This document shows positions 47,886 through 58,701 of a DNA stretch of 64,000 nucleotides, piece by piece. Below the pieces are notes generated by a model. That model worked only from the letters and a program-made list of their open reading frames with translations. It had not been told where the DNA came from and did no database searches. The position numbers were made by a program, and so were the translations under genes. Each line of letters starts with the position of its first letter. Position 1 is the stretch's first letter. This stretch comes from an uncultured Patescibacteria group bacterium (GTDB lineage: Bacteria; Patescibacteriota; Microgenomatia; UBA10105; UBA927): NCBI GenBank assembly GCA_937921305.1, contig CAKZSU010000007.1, positions 45,330 to 109,329 of the forward strand. The letters run 5' to 3'.

Positions 47886-49499
47886 ATGTATTGTTTTATG
47901 AAACAATCAATGAATTATTCAAAAGAAAAGAAAGGATATAAAAAAACAATCATCTGTGGTTTTCTTTCACTTGTTAACCCCACATGTATAAGCGAAGTAA
48001 TGGAGTATCTTTTCAAGAAGACATCGTCATTAAAATTCACTTTTCTACTTACCCTACTTGCACTAACCATCTTTGTATTGGCAAGACAACATGTTGTTTA
48101 TGGTTGGGCATTTATCACGACAAAAGACTATACAGAAAACATGAAACAAACGATAAACGGACAAATTAATGGAGAAGGGTCGGGAACATTCTTTCCTCTT
48201 GTCCAAATCGCGGCGATAAATTGCGCTATGACATCATTCGAAAAAGATGGGAAGAATGGAAGCGGATATTGTCCAGAAAATTTAAAAAGTTTGGGGTTAA
48301 TTCCTAGCATCGCAAGGATTAATGATTCTTTTTATCACGCGCCGCCAGCAAATTTAGCGCTATGGATCAAAGACACCGCAACAACGCTAGGATTGATACC
48401 AAAATCAGCGTACGCGCAACAAGGCATTGGATTTAGCGGAATGCAACCACTTCTTGATATCTGGAAAGCGTTTCGAAATCTTGCGTATGCTTTATTATCG
48501 TTGGCTATTGTCGTTGTCGGTTTTATGATTATGTTTAGAAAAAAAATTGACCCACAGACCGTCGCATCGATACAAGAAGCTCTTCCAAGAATTATTATAG
48601 CGCTCATTCTAATAACATTCTCGTACGCGATTGTGGGGTTGTTTATAGACTTAATGTATGTAATCATATTTGTTATTTATCAAATATTCACCGCGTCTGG
48701 GATTATCAGCATGGAAACAATAAGCAAACTCCAGAGTATTCGAATAAGCATTTTTGGCATCCCTATTTCCACACAAGGAAGACCACTTCAGCAAGTTATC
48801 CTTAATGGCGACATAAGAGAAGTGTTTGCCACAGTATTTCCAGCGGGAATGAATGATTTATTTACAATTGGATCGCAAATCCTTAATGATGGACAAAATC
48901 CTATCAATGCAATTATTTTCGGAACAATTGGAGGATTGTTGCTTGGAGTGATTCTCAATATTCTTCTTTTAATACTTATGATTAGACTCTTTGTTATGTT
49001 TTTAGCCGCTTATCTCCAGATCGTCTTTCAGCTTATCTTTGGGCCATTATATATTCTTTCAGATGTTCTACCAGGGAGTAACAACACAAGCACGTGGATT
49101 AAAAACCTTATCGCAAACTTATCTGTCTATGTCGTATCAGCAACAGTATTCCTTCTCGCAATCGCATTTCATTCGCGAACAGGGTACTTTTCTGGACAAA
49201 TTTATGAATATAACTCAACATATGGGAAAGAATTATGGATTCCTCCATATACGAGTATAATGCCAACATTTAGCAGCGTGAGCGCGCTATTCACTATTGG
49301 GGTTCTCTTCCTTCTTCCAAGCATTGTAAAACAATTTAAAGAGGGAATTAAATCCACTGGGGGAATGAACCCCGCATCGGGAATTGGAGGAGGACTGTCT
49401 TTAGCCTACAATTCTGCTCTTCAAATTGGTCTTGTGGCAGCCAACTTCTTTAGAAGAGGAGAAAGAGGCGCTGGCAGAGGCGGTGGCGAACAACACTAA
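47886..49499 (+). CDS. VirB6/TrbL-like polytopic membrane protein
   Basis: WKAFRNLAY..GFMIMFR..LPRIIIALILITFSYAI, many TMs; lies among T4SS-like genes; start may be 48000. Confidence 0.6.
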   Translation: MYCFMKQSMNYSKEKKGYKKTIICGFLSLVNPTCISEVMEYLFKKTSSLKFTFLLTLLALTIFVLARQHVVYGWAFITTKDYTENMKQTINGQINGEGSGTFFPLVQIAAINCAMTSFEKDGKNGSGYCPENLKSLGLIPSIARINDSFYHAPPANLALWIKDTATTLGLIPKSAYAQQGIGFSGMQPLLDIWKAFRNLAYALLSLAIVVVGFMIMFRKKIDPQTVASIQEALPRIIIALILITFSYAIVGLFIDLMYVIIFVIYQIFTASGIISMETISKLQSIRISIFGIPISTQGRPLQQVILNGDIREVFATVFPAGMNDLFTIGSQILNDGQNPINAIIFGTIGGLLLGVILNILLLILMIRLFVMFLAAYLQIVFQLIFGPLYILSDVLPGSNNTSTWIKNLIANLSVYVVSATVFLLAIAFHSRTGYFSGQIYEYNSTYGKELWIPPYTSIMPTFSSVSALFTIGVLFLLPSIVKQFKEGIKSTGGMNPASGIGGGLSLAYNSALQIGLVAANFFRRGERGAGRGGGEQH

Positions 49500-49688
49500 A
49501 AACAACAAACCGATCTATGGGATAAATTAAGAAGCATAAAAAATTTCCAAGAAAGAAAAAGATCAAAGATAGTGTTGGTTACAAAATTAATACCAGCACA
49601 AAACAATTTGTTATCAACCCCGCTCTACGCTATATTACTAAAAGTAAAATAAAAAGATCAAACCTAAGTCATTAACCTGTTTCATCAA

Positions 49689-52616
49689 TCAATGATGTCC
49701 ACCACCACCAGAACCACCTTCTTTGCCTGAAAACTCATCAAGAGCTTGAGTAACTGCCAAAAGTAAAAGTGTTGATAATCCGACTATGAAAACAACTCTC
49801 ATTGTTGGTATCAATCGATCTGTTAATCGAATTTTCAAAAGTTCCCTATAAAAGTGCTCATTTTCTGGTGTGATAATTCCTTTTCCTTCAAGCATATGCA
49901 TGATATGGATCCGCTCACCAAGATCCCACGCTTTTTGCCCTTTACCTCGAATCTTTTGCATCTCGCTTGCATACAAACCAGGAACAAGGTCAATAACCCA
50001 CTCAGAAAACAACTGTGCATACCACCTGGGAGTATTTAATTTTATTATTGCTTCCATAATTTTCTGAAACTTTTCTTGCGCACCCTCTCTTCCGCTTTGA
50101 TTTTCCAGCGCCGCAACAAATTCCGCAAGCTTTTCAATGTCTTGAGGGTGACGAACAAAATAATTGACCTGCTCTCGAATGCCATACATAGCCCCCAAAT
50201 CCCCATGATATATACGAGACCAATAGTCGTTTTGTTCAATCAATGGATTATGTCGCCCCAAAGCATGCATCGGAACATCGGCAATCGAAAGAACTTTGCT
50301 CCATAAATAATTTACATCCTCCTCATCTTTATCTTCTTTCGGATGAACAGCATGATGGTGTCCGTGCGATGGCTCGAACTGAAGACGAAGTTTTCTTGCG
50401 ATATCATCTTTTCTTCTTTTCAAAAACAATAATAATTCTCCAATCACCGGCTGATTCGTCTTTAAAGCCTCTCTGTGAGATGCGCTCATTTTATCCGGAT
50501 CAAATACCATATCAGGTGTCCCCAGCTGAATTTGAAGTTTCATAAAAAGAGCGGCAGAAACCGTTTCTTCAAATTGTCCAAGATTAGCAAATCCGTAGCG
50601 AGAAAGAATGCTCCGCAACTCTTGATCGTTTTCATAAAGACTTAATAATGGGAGCATGTGTGTATCTTTTTCAAGAAGAAGATTAAAGGCTTGTCTTCTT
50701 TTATCAAAAACATCTAGTGTATCACCAGGCTCTCTAATTCTCATCCATAATCCAGCGTATTTGTACCCAGCGTTGTCTAATGCCTCAAGATATCGAGCGA
50801 TTCGAAACCCAGAACTATATGGATCGTTGAAGTCACTCATAAGCTCATCGATTGCTCCCACCCGCCCAAGAGCTAAATAAATAATTTTTTGCTCTTCTTT
50901 GCTAATCATTCCCCATTTTTGCTGTAAAAAGTATGACGGTCTCCACAGGGAAATAATTGCTGAATACGGATCGTTATCAAACCTGCTCGGATCATCGGGA
51001 AGCTTTGATTCTCGAGCGATCAAAAGTGGTTTTCGAAGCGAAACAGTAAATATTCTGTCGGCTCTCCGAACAATTCGTTGTTTTGTCTGCTCGTCAATAT
51101 CTCTTCCTTCAAAAAGCTGATCAACAAATTGTCGTAGTTTTTTTTCTAACTCTGAAATATCTGATTGTTCAAATCGATGATTGGGTTTTGTATGAATAAT
51201 CTCCAACAGCGCTTGCTCAGCATATAACGCGACCTTTGCTATAGGAGCATCAACGCCTGCAACAGATCTATTTAGTTCACCAATTATTTGTTTTAAAAAT
51301 AAATCTGACGCGCTTCTCTGAATAATTCCTATTTTTTCTCGATCAAATGGCGGTCGAGACAGTCCATGGTTTACATCGTGAAGGGCAAGAATCATATTCA
51401 CTCTGTCTTCAAGCTTTTTTCTCAGATCTGGATGATTGGTAAAGGCGTACAGTTTAATTTCAGCTATCTTTCTCCGTAATTCCTGATAATTTGTGTCAAG
51501 TTGCAATTCATGACTAAACTCAGATCGCTCCTCAATCAAATCTAATATAGGATCTAAATACGAAAGAACCTCCTGAAAAACCCTCTCTTTGTCTTCTTCT
51601 GACGCACCATCTGGAATTCTAAACCGAAGGATTTCTTGCATTTCATTATTCCGAATTTGTAATTCCTGCGGATTATCAATTGCCCTTCTATCATTTCTTA
51701 CGTCTTGAGCATATAATTTAAAATCTTCTTCTAACTCTTTAAATTTTTCTCTATATACCAATTGTACCCAATCAACATAGTCATTAATATTAATTTCTGG
51801 ATCAGAAAGAACAGACGACATTTCTTGCTCTACTGCTTCTCTATGTTTCTGAAGCAATTGCTCGTAGAGTTCATCTCGATTAGCGCCTATAACACCACTC
51901 TGAAGCTTTTCAATTTCTTGAAGTTTTCTTTCACCCGAAAAGGAAGTATCTCCCATAATTGCAAGAAGCTCCAACTCTAAAGCCATTGCTTTTGCAAGAA
52001 CTTCTTTTGTTAGCTCTCTTTTTGCTTCCTCAAACAACACGCCCCTTAACTCATCCGCAATAATTTGCGCTTCTTGCTCTTGTTTTTTTGTTTGTTCGTC
52101 AATAGGATTATCACCCTCTTGAGACACAAATGGTGGTGTTTTGGGATTTTTTTCCTCTTCCGCAATCTTTTTTCCCAATCGTCGGATTTTTGTTCTTTCT
52201 TCTTTATCCAAGGAATATTGAGTTTGTTGTTCTCCTTGTTGTTCTCCTTGTTGTTCTCCTTGTTGTTCTCCTTGTTGTTCTCCTTGTCCAGTTCTCCTGT
52301 CTTTCTCCAGCTCCTTTTGTGCTTCTTCAATTTGCAATCTCGTTCTTATCACAACTTCATTTTTAGAATCTTTTGGAAGAGCATCAGATAATACTCGAAT
52401 TTTCTCTTCTAAAGAAAGATTGCCGTATTCTGTTTTATACTTTTCTTCCGCGATTCGATTAAACAATTCTTTCAATTCTAAAAAAATAGGATCTTTTACT
52501 CGTCGATGTGATAGATCCTCCTCTCGTGTAGATCTACTTGACCTTGCTGCTACTTCTATGTTTTTTAAAACTTTCCTTAATAACCAATTTTTAGCTTCTG
52601 GTCTTGACATGTACAT
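49689..52616 (-). CDS. Large helical hypothetical protein with C-terminal TM
   Basis: 975-aa ORF, E/K/Q-rich. Confidence 0.75.
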   Translation of the reverse strand: MYMSRPEAKNWLLRKVLKNIEVAARSSRSTREEDLSHRRVKDPIFLELKELFNRIAEEKYKTEYGNLSLEEKIRVLSDALPKDSKNEVVIRTRLQIEEAQKELEKDRRTGQGEQQGEQQGEQQGEQQGEQQTQYSLDKEERTKIRRLGKKIAEEEKNPKTPPFVSQEGDNPIDEQTKKQEQEAQIIADELRGVLFEEAKRELTKEVLAKAMALELELLAIMGDTSFSGERKLQEIEKLQSGVIGANRDELYEQLLQKHREAVEQEMSSVLSDPEININDYVDWVQLVYREKFKELEEDFKLYAQDVRNDRRAIDNPQELQIRNNEMQEILRFRIPDGASEEDKERVFQEVLSYLDPILDLIEERSEFSHELQLDTNYQELRRKIAEIKLYAFTNHPDLRKKLEDRVNMILALHDVNHGLSRPPFDREKIGIIQRSASDLFLKQIIGELNRSVAGVDAPIAKVALYAEQALLEIIHTKPNHRFEQSDISELEKKLRQFVDQLFEGRDIDEQTKQRIVRRADRIFTVSLRKPLLIARESKLPDDPSRFDNDPYSAIISLWRPSYFLQQKWGMISKEEQKIIYLALGRVGAIDELMSDFNDPYSSGFRIARYLEALDNAGYKYAGLWMRIREPGDTLDVFDKRRQAFNLLLEKDTHMLPLLSLYENDQELRSILSRYGFANLGQFEETVSAALFMKLQIQLGTPDMVFDPDKMSASHREALKTNQPVIGELLLFLKRRKDDIARKLRLQFEPSHGHHHAVHPKEDKDEEDVNYLWSKVLSIADVPMHALGRHNPLIEQNDYWSRIYHGDLGAMYGIREQVNYFVRHPQDIEKLAEFVAALENQSGREGAQEKFQKIMEAIIKLNTPRWYAQLFSEWVIDLVPGLYASEMQKIRGKGQKAWDLGERIHIMHMLEGKGIITPENEHFYRELLKIRLTDRLIPTMRVVFIVGLSTLLLLAVTQALDEFSGKEGGSGGGGHH
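52224..52287. repeat. In-frame 12-bp tandem repeat (TTGTTGTTCTCC)x5 encoding (GEQQ)n
   Basis: Five exact copies read directly from the sequence. Confidence 0.95.
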
Positions 52617-52653
52617 ATTTTATCATGAAAGAACGAAAAAATGGAGGGGTTGC

Positions 52654-54840
52654 CTAAGTTTTCCACACCTGCTTCTTCCCATATCTCTCTCGCGAGGAAC
52701 GAATGACTTTTTGTCTGTTTTTGTTTCTGCTGTTTGGCAATGGGAGGGTCGTGGCAAAAAATGGATTTGACGTGTGATTGTCGATTGATAATTTCATGAT
52801 GGTTTGATAATTGCCGAGCCCAACTAATTCTTCTGGCTTATATTTTCCACCAAACTCTTTAGAGAGTATATGCGCGTCAGACGCGCCAACACCAAAAGAA
52901 ATTAACGATCCCACATTTCCGAAGATCGCCTTCTGAATATCTTCGTCAATTTGCCCGATGTATTGATTGGCAAGCATCAAATTTAACCGATATTTTCGAG
53001 CCTCTGAGAGAATTTTGATAAAACTTCTCGTCGCGAAGTTTTGAAACTCGTCAACATACAAATAAAAATCCCTTCGGTCTCGCTCTTCAATATAGACTCT
53101 ATTCATCGCGGCAAGCTGCATTTTTGTAATCAGCATCGCGCCAAGAAGCGCGCTGTTATCCTCCCCAAGTTTTCCCTGAGAGAGGTTTACTAAAAGAATT
53201 TTCCCGTGATTCATGATATCTTCCAAATTGATCGTTGAGGCAGGATAGCCGATAATCTGACGAATTGTTTGGGACGAAAGAAACTGACCGACTTTATTCA
53301 AAATCGGAGAAATTGCTTCGCTTTTCAGTTGTGGAGGCATTTTTTCAAATTCATTCATCCAAAAATTTTTTAATATCTGATCTGATAATTTCTCCACAAC
53401 ATTCTTTCGATATCGATCATTCGCAAGAAGCTCTGGAACCTGCAAAAATGTTGCGTGCGGAACATGCAACAAAGTCAAGATTGTATTCCGAAGAATATAT
53501 TCTAGTCTTGGTCCCCAACTATGAGCATATAGCTTAAAAAAGATTGAAACAATACCAGACGCAACGAGTTCGCGATAGGTATCGTTTTTCACCTCAAGAG
53601 GATTGATGCGAAACGGATATTCAATATCAGACGGATCAAAATATGCAACATCATTAATCCGAAATGAGGGAATAAAATCAAGGATCACATCGCACAGATC
53701 GCCATGAGGATCAATTACCGCCAGACCTTCCCCATTTCTCATGTCGTTAATCACCATATTTGCGATAAGCGTGGACTTTCCTGCACCAGTTTTTCCAACC
53801 ACATAGATGTGTTTTCTTCTATCATCTTTTTTTATCCCGAACGTCGTTAACTCATTTTTATGCTCTGTTCTCGCAAAAAAATTGATTCGTTTTTTCTCTT
53901 CTTCATTGTCCGTCGCAACAGGAAGATTGTCCGGCGCTTCTCCTGTCATCTTTGATCCCCACGCAATATTTTTCACCATAGACAAAGAAGCTCCTGGTGG
54001 ATGCCATAACGAGGCAAGCTCTCGAACTGTAAAGATTTGATTTCTCGGAACAGTCTTCCATGATCGCTCAAGAAATGCTCGCTCAAATCGTTTTTTCAAA
54101 AAAAATAATGGATCGGCCAGCTTTAAGCCGTTTCCATCTCCCGAAGTAAACACGCCGTAGGTTCCAGAAATAGACTGGATCATATCTTTTGCTCGCTCTT
54201 TTGTTGGTGCGACAGCAAGAAGACGAATCGCCCCATGAAATCCTATCTGTTGAATCTTTTCCTCAATAATTGACGCCTGAGGGTGTGGCTTTGTCCGTTG
54301 TGGATTCATCGGGTCGGGAACGCCTTTTATAAGCATCCGAGAAACAGTTCGTTGCCAGCCTTGACCAGCGGGAGAAATCCATAGATGAATCGCGACTGCC
54401 TCATTTACCTGAAGCTTTGCTAGTTGACCAAACACCGACGCCAACATATCCACATCTTTTGCATCTTTATATGTTCGCAATGAAAAATAATATGGGTTTA
54501 AAAACACGAGTTGAGACGACTCGTGAGGTAACGAAAAGAAACTTGGAAGATAGTCTTTCACCCGTAAAAGAATCACCTTAGGATAATGCGCAGCTATCTG
54601 ACTCTCAACATATCGCACTGCATGCTCTGGAATCCCAACAAATGTATGAATTTTTGTATGCAAACAAACAAACTCAAAAGTGAACCAATGACTCGCTCGA
54701 CGAAGACCAAAAATTGTTCGCAACAATCCTCCGTGATACCCAACAGATCCAATCGCAGAAAACACTTGCTCTATTGCTTCTGGTCCCTCCTCGCTTTCTG
54801 GGCTATTCCGAACTTCAAAAAGAACAATATGTGTATTCAT
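52654..54840 (-). CDS. Second VirD4/TraG-like coupling ATPase
   Basis: GKTGAGKS, IDPHGD, LYVDEFQNF, SEARKYRL; no obvious N-terminal TM. Confidence 0.88.
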   Translation of the reverse strand: MNTHIVLFEVRNSPESEEGPEAIEQVFSAIGSVGYHGGLLRTIFGLRRASHWFTFEFVCLHTKIHTFVGIPEHAVRYVESQIAAHYPKVILLRVKDYLPSFFSLPHESSQLVFLNPYYFSLRTYKDAKDVDMLASVFGQLAKLQVNEAVAIHLWISPAGQGWQRTVSRMLIKGVPDPMNPQRTKPHPQASIIEEKIQQIGFHGAIRLLAVAPTKERAKDMIQSISGTYGVFTSGDGNGLKLADPLFFLKKRFERAFLERSWKTVPRNQIFTVRELASLWHPPGASLSMVKNIAWGSKMTGEAPDNLPVATDNEEEKKRINFFARTEHKNELTTFGIKKDDRRKHIYVVGKTGAGKSTLIANMVINDMRNGEGLAVIDPHGDLCDVILDFIPSFRINDVAYFDPSDIEYPFRINPLEVKNDTYRELVASGIVSIFFKLYAHSWGPRLEYILRNTILTLLHVPHATFLQVPELLANDRYRKNVVEKLSDQILKNFWMNEFEKMPPQLKSEAISPILNKVGQFLSSQTIRQIIGYPASTINLEDIMNHGKILLVNLSQGKLGEDNSALLGAMLITKMQLAAMNRVYIEERDRRDFYLYVDEFQNFATRSFIKILSEARKYRLNLMLANQYIGQIDEDIQKAIFGNVGSLISFGVGASDAHILSKEFGGKYKPEELVGLGNYQTIMKLSIDNHTSNPFFATTLPLPNSRNKNRQKVIRSSRERYGKKQVWKT

Positions 54841-54935
54841 GATAATTGCATATCTAATTGTAATAGAAATGAAACATGTTTGATATGTCGCGTTGTCTTG
54901 CGATTTTGATTGTTTCTTTTTACAATAATCATATC

Positions 54936-56069
54936 ATGCTTGAACAGCACCCTGTTCCTCAAAATGTTACCAGCTTTCAATTCAAACTTATCGGTGATAT
55001 GACACTCAAGCAATTTGGGTATCTTGCAGGAGGTGGGATTCTTGCGCTTGCATCATACAACCTCCCTCTTCCCGATCTCTTTCGATGGCCACTTGTTGGG
55101 ATTTTTGCTTTGGGGGGTATAGGATTTGCGTTTGTTCCAATTGAAGAACGACCAATGGATGTTTGGTTTATCTCGTTTATAAAAAGCGTATATAGTCCAA
55201 CATTATATGTGTGGCAACGAGAAGCGACGGTTGTCCAACAACAAAACACCACCCCAGCGTTGACGATTCCAAATATCCCCCATGTGTCAATTGCAAAAAA
55301 TGCATCATCATCGATCACAAATATGTTTTCTCGAATAAAACCACCTACGCTTCCTCAATTTAGAATAAATAAATTAAATATCCAAAAACTATCAGTGAGC
55401 GCTCCTAAAACAAACACATCAACCCCTAAAGGGCAAAACAACATGGCAAACCACACACAACAATCCCATCAACAATCAACAACACATCAAACATCTCCAC
55501 AAAACAATCCAACGCAAAATGTTCAAAACACCCATCATACGATCAATCAACCAGAACCTCAAACACAACAAAATTCCGTTGGAAACATATCAACCAAGCC
55601 AACGCTTGAAGAACAACTAAAAAAAGCATTGGAAGAAAAAAAACAACTAGAAGAAGATCTTAAAAAAATCAAGAGTGTTCTTCCTTATGGATCAAAACAA
55701 AACCAAAAACAACAAAATAAAGTGACTCAATCGCCCGCTCCGCAGCAAAACGTTCTTTCTGGTGTTGTAAAACAAAAAACAGGAGATCCACTTCATAGTA
55801 TTTTAATAACAGTCAAAGACACGAATGGCATCCCTATAAGAGCACTAAAAACGAATAAGCTTGGACAATTCTTTTCCGCAACACCGCTCCCAAACGGAAC
55901 ATATACAATAGAAGTAGAAGATCCTAAAAATGTATTTTTCTTTCAGTCAACACAGATAACATTTACTGGTGAAAAAAATAATCCAATCATTATTGTTGCA
56001 AAATCAAAACAAGACCTAGAAAGACAAAAACTTGAGCAAGTGTTGTTTGGAACGACATCAAAACCATAG
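54936..56069 (+). CDS. PrgI-family protein with Q/N-rich linker and carboxypeptidase-regulatory-like domain
   Basis: QHPVPQNV..FKLIGDMTLKQF, two TMs, RALKTNKLGQF. Confidence 0.8.
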   Translation: MLEQHPVPQNVTSFQFKLIGDMTLKQFGYLAGGGILALASYNLPLPDLFRWPLVGIFALGGIGFAFVPIEERPMDVWFISFIKSVYSPTLYVWQREATVVQQQNTTPALTIPNIPHVSIAKNASSSITNMFSRIKPPTLPQFRINKLNIQKLSVSAPKTNTSTPKGQNNMANHTQQSHQQSTTHQTSPQNNPTQNVQNTHHTINQPEPQTQQNSVGNISTKPTLEEQLKKALEEKKQLEEDLKKIKSVLPYGSKQNQKQQNKVTQSPAPQQNVLSGVVKQKTGDPLHSILITVKDTNGIPIRALKTNKLGQFFSATPLPNGTYTIEVEDPKNVFFFQSTQITFTGEKNNPIIIVAKSKQDLERQKLEQVLFGTTSKP

Positions 56070-56110
56070 AATTTTAATATATCAAAATTGACGATGCGCG
56101 TTGATTATGT

Positions 56111-56770
56111 ATGAAGCAAACAATTGTACCAATCCGATCCTCCACGCAAAAATTCATAGAAATTGAAGATGTAGACAAAGATATTGCACTGTTTGTAGAC
56201 GGATCGTGCGTTATGGTTCTTTCTGTTTCGGCGGTAAATTTTGAACTTCTCTCTGAAAAAGAACAGGAATCGCTCATTTACGCGTATGGAAATTTTCTTA
56301 ACTCGCTATCGTTTCCCATACAAATTCTTGTTCGAACACAGCGAAAGGATATTAGCTCTTATCTTCATGAACTCGAAGATCAAGAAAAGAAACAAACAAA
56401 CCCTAAACTTCAAGCAAGCATACGGTCATATCGCGTGTTTATTTCAAAAATGGTTAAGGAACGAAATGTTCTTGATAAAAAATTCTACATTGTTATTCCT
56501 CTCTCGAGTCTGGAACTTGGCATATCGCCATCTCTTCTATTTGGCAACAAAAAAAGCGGGCTTCCATATCCAAAAGACTACATTTTTGAAAAAGCAATGA
56601 ACATACTAACACCCAAAAAGGATCAAGTCATTAGACTCATTGGACGCATGGGATTAAAAGCAAAACAACTCAACACAGAACAACTTATTCAATTGTTTTT
56701 TTCTATTTACAATCCAGAAACGCCATTACCGGATAAAACCAAATTAGAACACGCACAACACAATCAATGA
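56111..56770 (+). CDS. VirB4-associated conserved protein
   Basis: STQKFIEI, VNFELLSEKEQ, FLNSLSFPIQI; overlaps the VirB4 start. Confidence 0.7.
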   Translation: MKQTIVPIRSSTQKFIEIEDVDKDIALFVDGSCVMVLSVSAVNFELLSEKEQESLIYAYGNFLNSLSFPIQILVRTQRKDISSYLHELEDQEKKQTNPKLQASIRSYRVFISKMVKERNVLDKKFYIVIPLSSLELGISPSLLFGNKKSGLPYPKDYIFEKAMNILTPKKDQVIRLIGRMGLKAKQLNTEQLIQLFFSIYNPETPLPDKTKLEHAQHNQ

Positions 56771-58668
56771 ATTGGAAACACGCGATTAAAAAATTTCTTA
56801 ACCCGATGCCAGAAAACAAGCCGGTTCAACATTCGGCAACCGGCCCATTATTATTGAAAGATATTATTGCCCCGCCCTCTATTGAAGTGGATTTTGATTA
56901 TTTAAAAATTGGAGATAAATACTTTAGAAGCTTCTTTGTTGCCGGATATCCCCGTTTTGTTTCACCAAACTGGCTTCAGCCGATCATATCATTTGACCAC
57001 ACATTAGACATTTCTATGTTTGTGTATCCATCAAATTCTGCGGAAATCCTTGAAAATCTCAAAAGAAAAGTTGGAGAAATGGAAGCAACTATTCAATCTG
57101 ATCTTAAACGAGGACGGGTGATAGAACCATCTGTTCAAGTTGCCCTTGAAGACGCGCTCGCGCTTCAACAAGAACTTGCAAAAGGGGAAGAACGATTCTT
57201 TCAATTTGGTCTATATCTCACAATACCAGCGTCAAATAAAGAAGATTTAGATAAAACATCAAAACAAGTCGAGTCGACACTTGGATCACTCATGATCATC
57301 AGTAAGCGCGCAATGCTTCAAATGGAAGAAGCCTTTAAAACAACGCTTCCAATGGGTCAAGATCGCCTTGTAATAACACGAAATATGGATACTACCTCTC
57401 TTGCGACAACATTTCCGTTTACAACATCGGAACTTACCGCGAATGAAGGAATTTTGTACGGGATTAATCAACACAATGACAGTCTTGTCATTTTTGATCG
57501 ATTTCATCTTGAAAACGCAAACACCGTTGTGTTCGGGAAGTCTGGCTCCGGCAAAAGCTACTTAGTAAAGCTTGAAATTATTCGAAGCATCATGTTTGAC
57601 ACGGAAATTATTATTATCGATCCAGAAAACGAATACGAAGCGTTAACTTATATGCTGGGCGGAGAATATATCCGATTTAGCTTTAATAGTCCAACAAAAA
57701 TTAACCCGTTTGATCTGGCTCTTTTAAAAGAAAGCGGAGAAAGTGAGCTCAATCAAAAAATACTTTCGCTTCATGGGTTCTTTCGTGTTGTGATGGGAGA
57801 ACTTGATCCAACCGAAGACGCGATTCTCGATCAAGCCCTTATTTTGACGTATAAACAAAAAGGAATTACGCCAGACGAAGAAACACAAAAGAAAGAACCA
57901 CCATTAATGGAAGATTTATATAAGGTCTTAATTGGCATGGAAAACGAAATAGCTCATTCCCTTGCGAACAGAATTGAAAAGTTTGTCAAAGGAAGTCTCG
58001 TGGGGATATTTGATCAACAAACAAATATTGAGATAAAAAATCAACTGACGGTCTTTTCTATTCGAGACCTTGAAGAATCTCTCAGGCCAATCGCCATGTA
58101 TCTTATTCTTGATTACATTTGGACGCGCGTTCGAAGAAGTCTTAAAAAACGATTACTTATCGTTGATGAGGCGTGGTACATGATGCGATACCCCGACTCC
58201 GCACAATTCTTAAATTCAATAACAAAGCGAGCAAGAAAATACTACCTTGGTGTCACAACAATTTCTCAAGATGTTGAGGATTTTATTTCAACAGAATTAG
58301 GAAAAACCATCATCCAAAATAGTAGCCTACAGTTTTTGATGAAACAATCTGCAGCCGCGGTGGACAAAATCACCGATGTGTTTTACTTATCAGATGGAGA
58401 GAAACAACTGTTGATGACAGTGAATGTCGGAGAGGGGCTTATGTTTGCGGGACCAGCGCATGCAGCGATCCGCGTTGTTGCATCGCCAGAAGAACACGAG
58501 GTAGCGACAACAAAACCACAGGAGGTTCTAAAAAGACAACAACAAAACAAAACAACATATAATACTGATGAAAAAACAGATGAAAAATCAAAGAAAGAAC
58601 AATCAACAAAAAATACATCAATAGACAAGACCACAAATAGACCCATCTTTGTTGTCGAACAATTCTAG
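56767..58668 (+). CDS. VirB4-like ATPase
   Basis: GKSGSGKSY, IDPENEY, IVDEAW, KRARKY, SQDVEDF. Confidence 0.9.
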   Translation: MNWKHAIKKFLNPMPENKPVQHSATGPLLLKDIIAPPSIEVDFDYLKIGDKYFRSFFVAGYPRFVSPNWLQPIISFDHTLDISMFVYPSNSAEILENLKRKVGEMEATIQSDLKRGRVIEPSVQVALEDALALQQELAKGEERFFQFGLYLTIPASNKEDLDKTSKQVESTLGSLMIISKRAMLQMEEAFKTTLPMGQDRLVITRNMDTTSLATTFPFTTSELTANEGILYGINQHNDSLVIFDRFHLENANTVVFGKSGSGKSYLVKLEIIRSIMFDTEIIIIDPENEYEALTYMLGGEYIRFSFNSPTKINPFDLALLKESGESELNQKILSLHGFFRVVMGELDPTEDAILDQALILTYKQKGITPDEETQKKEPPLMEDLYKVLIGMENEIAHSLANRIEKFVKGSLVGIFDQQTNIEIKNQLTVFSIRDLEESLRPIAMYLILDYIWTRVRRSLKKRLLIVDEAWYMMRYPDSAQFLNSITKRARKYYLGVTTISQDVEDFISTELGKTIIQNSSLQFLMKQSAAAVDKITDVFYLSDGEKQLLMTVNVGEGLMFAGPAHAAIRVVASPEEHEVATTKPQEVLKRQQQNKTTYNTDEKTDEKSKKEQSTKNTSIDKTTNRPIFVVEQF

Positions 58669-58701
58669 GGAGAGATAATTTCCTTTATATATTTCATTTA
58701 T

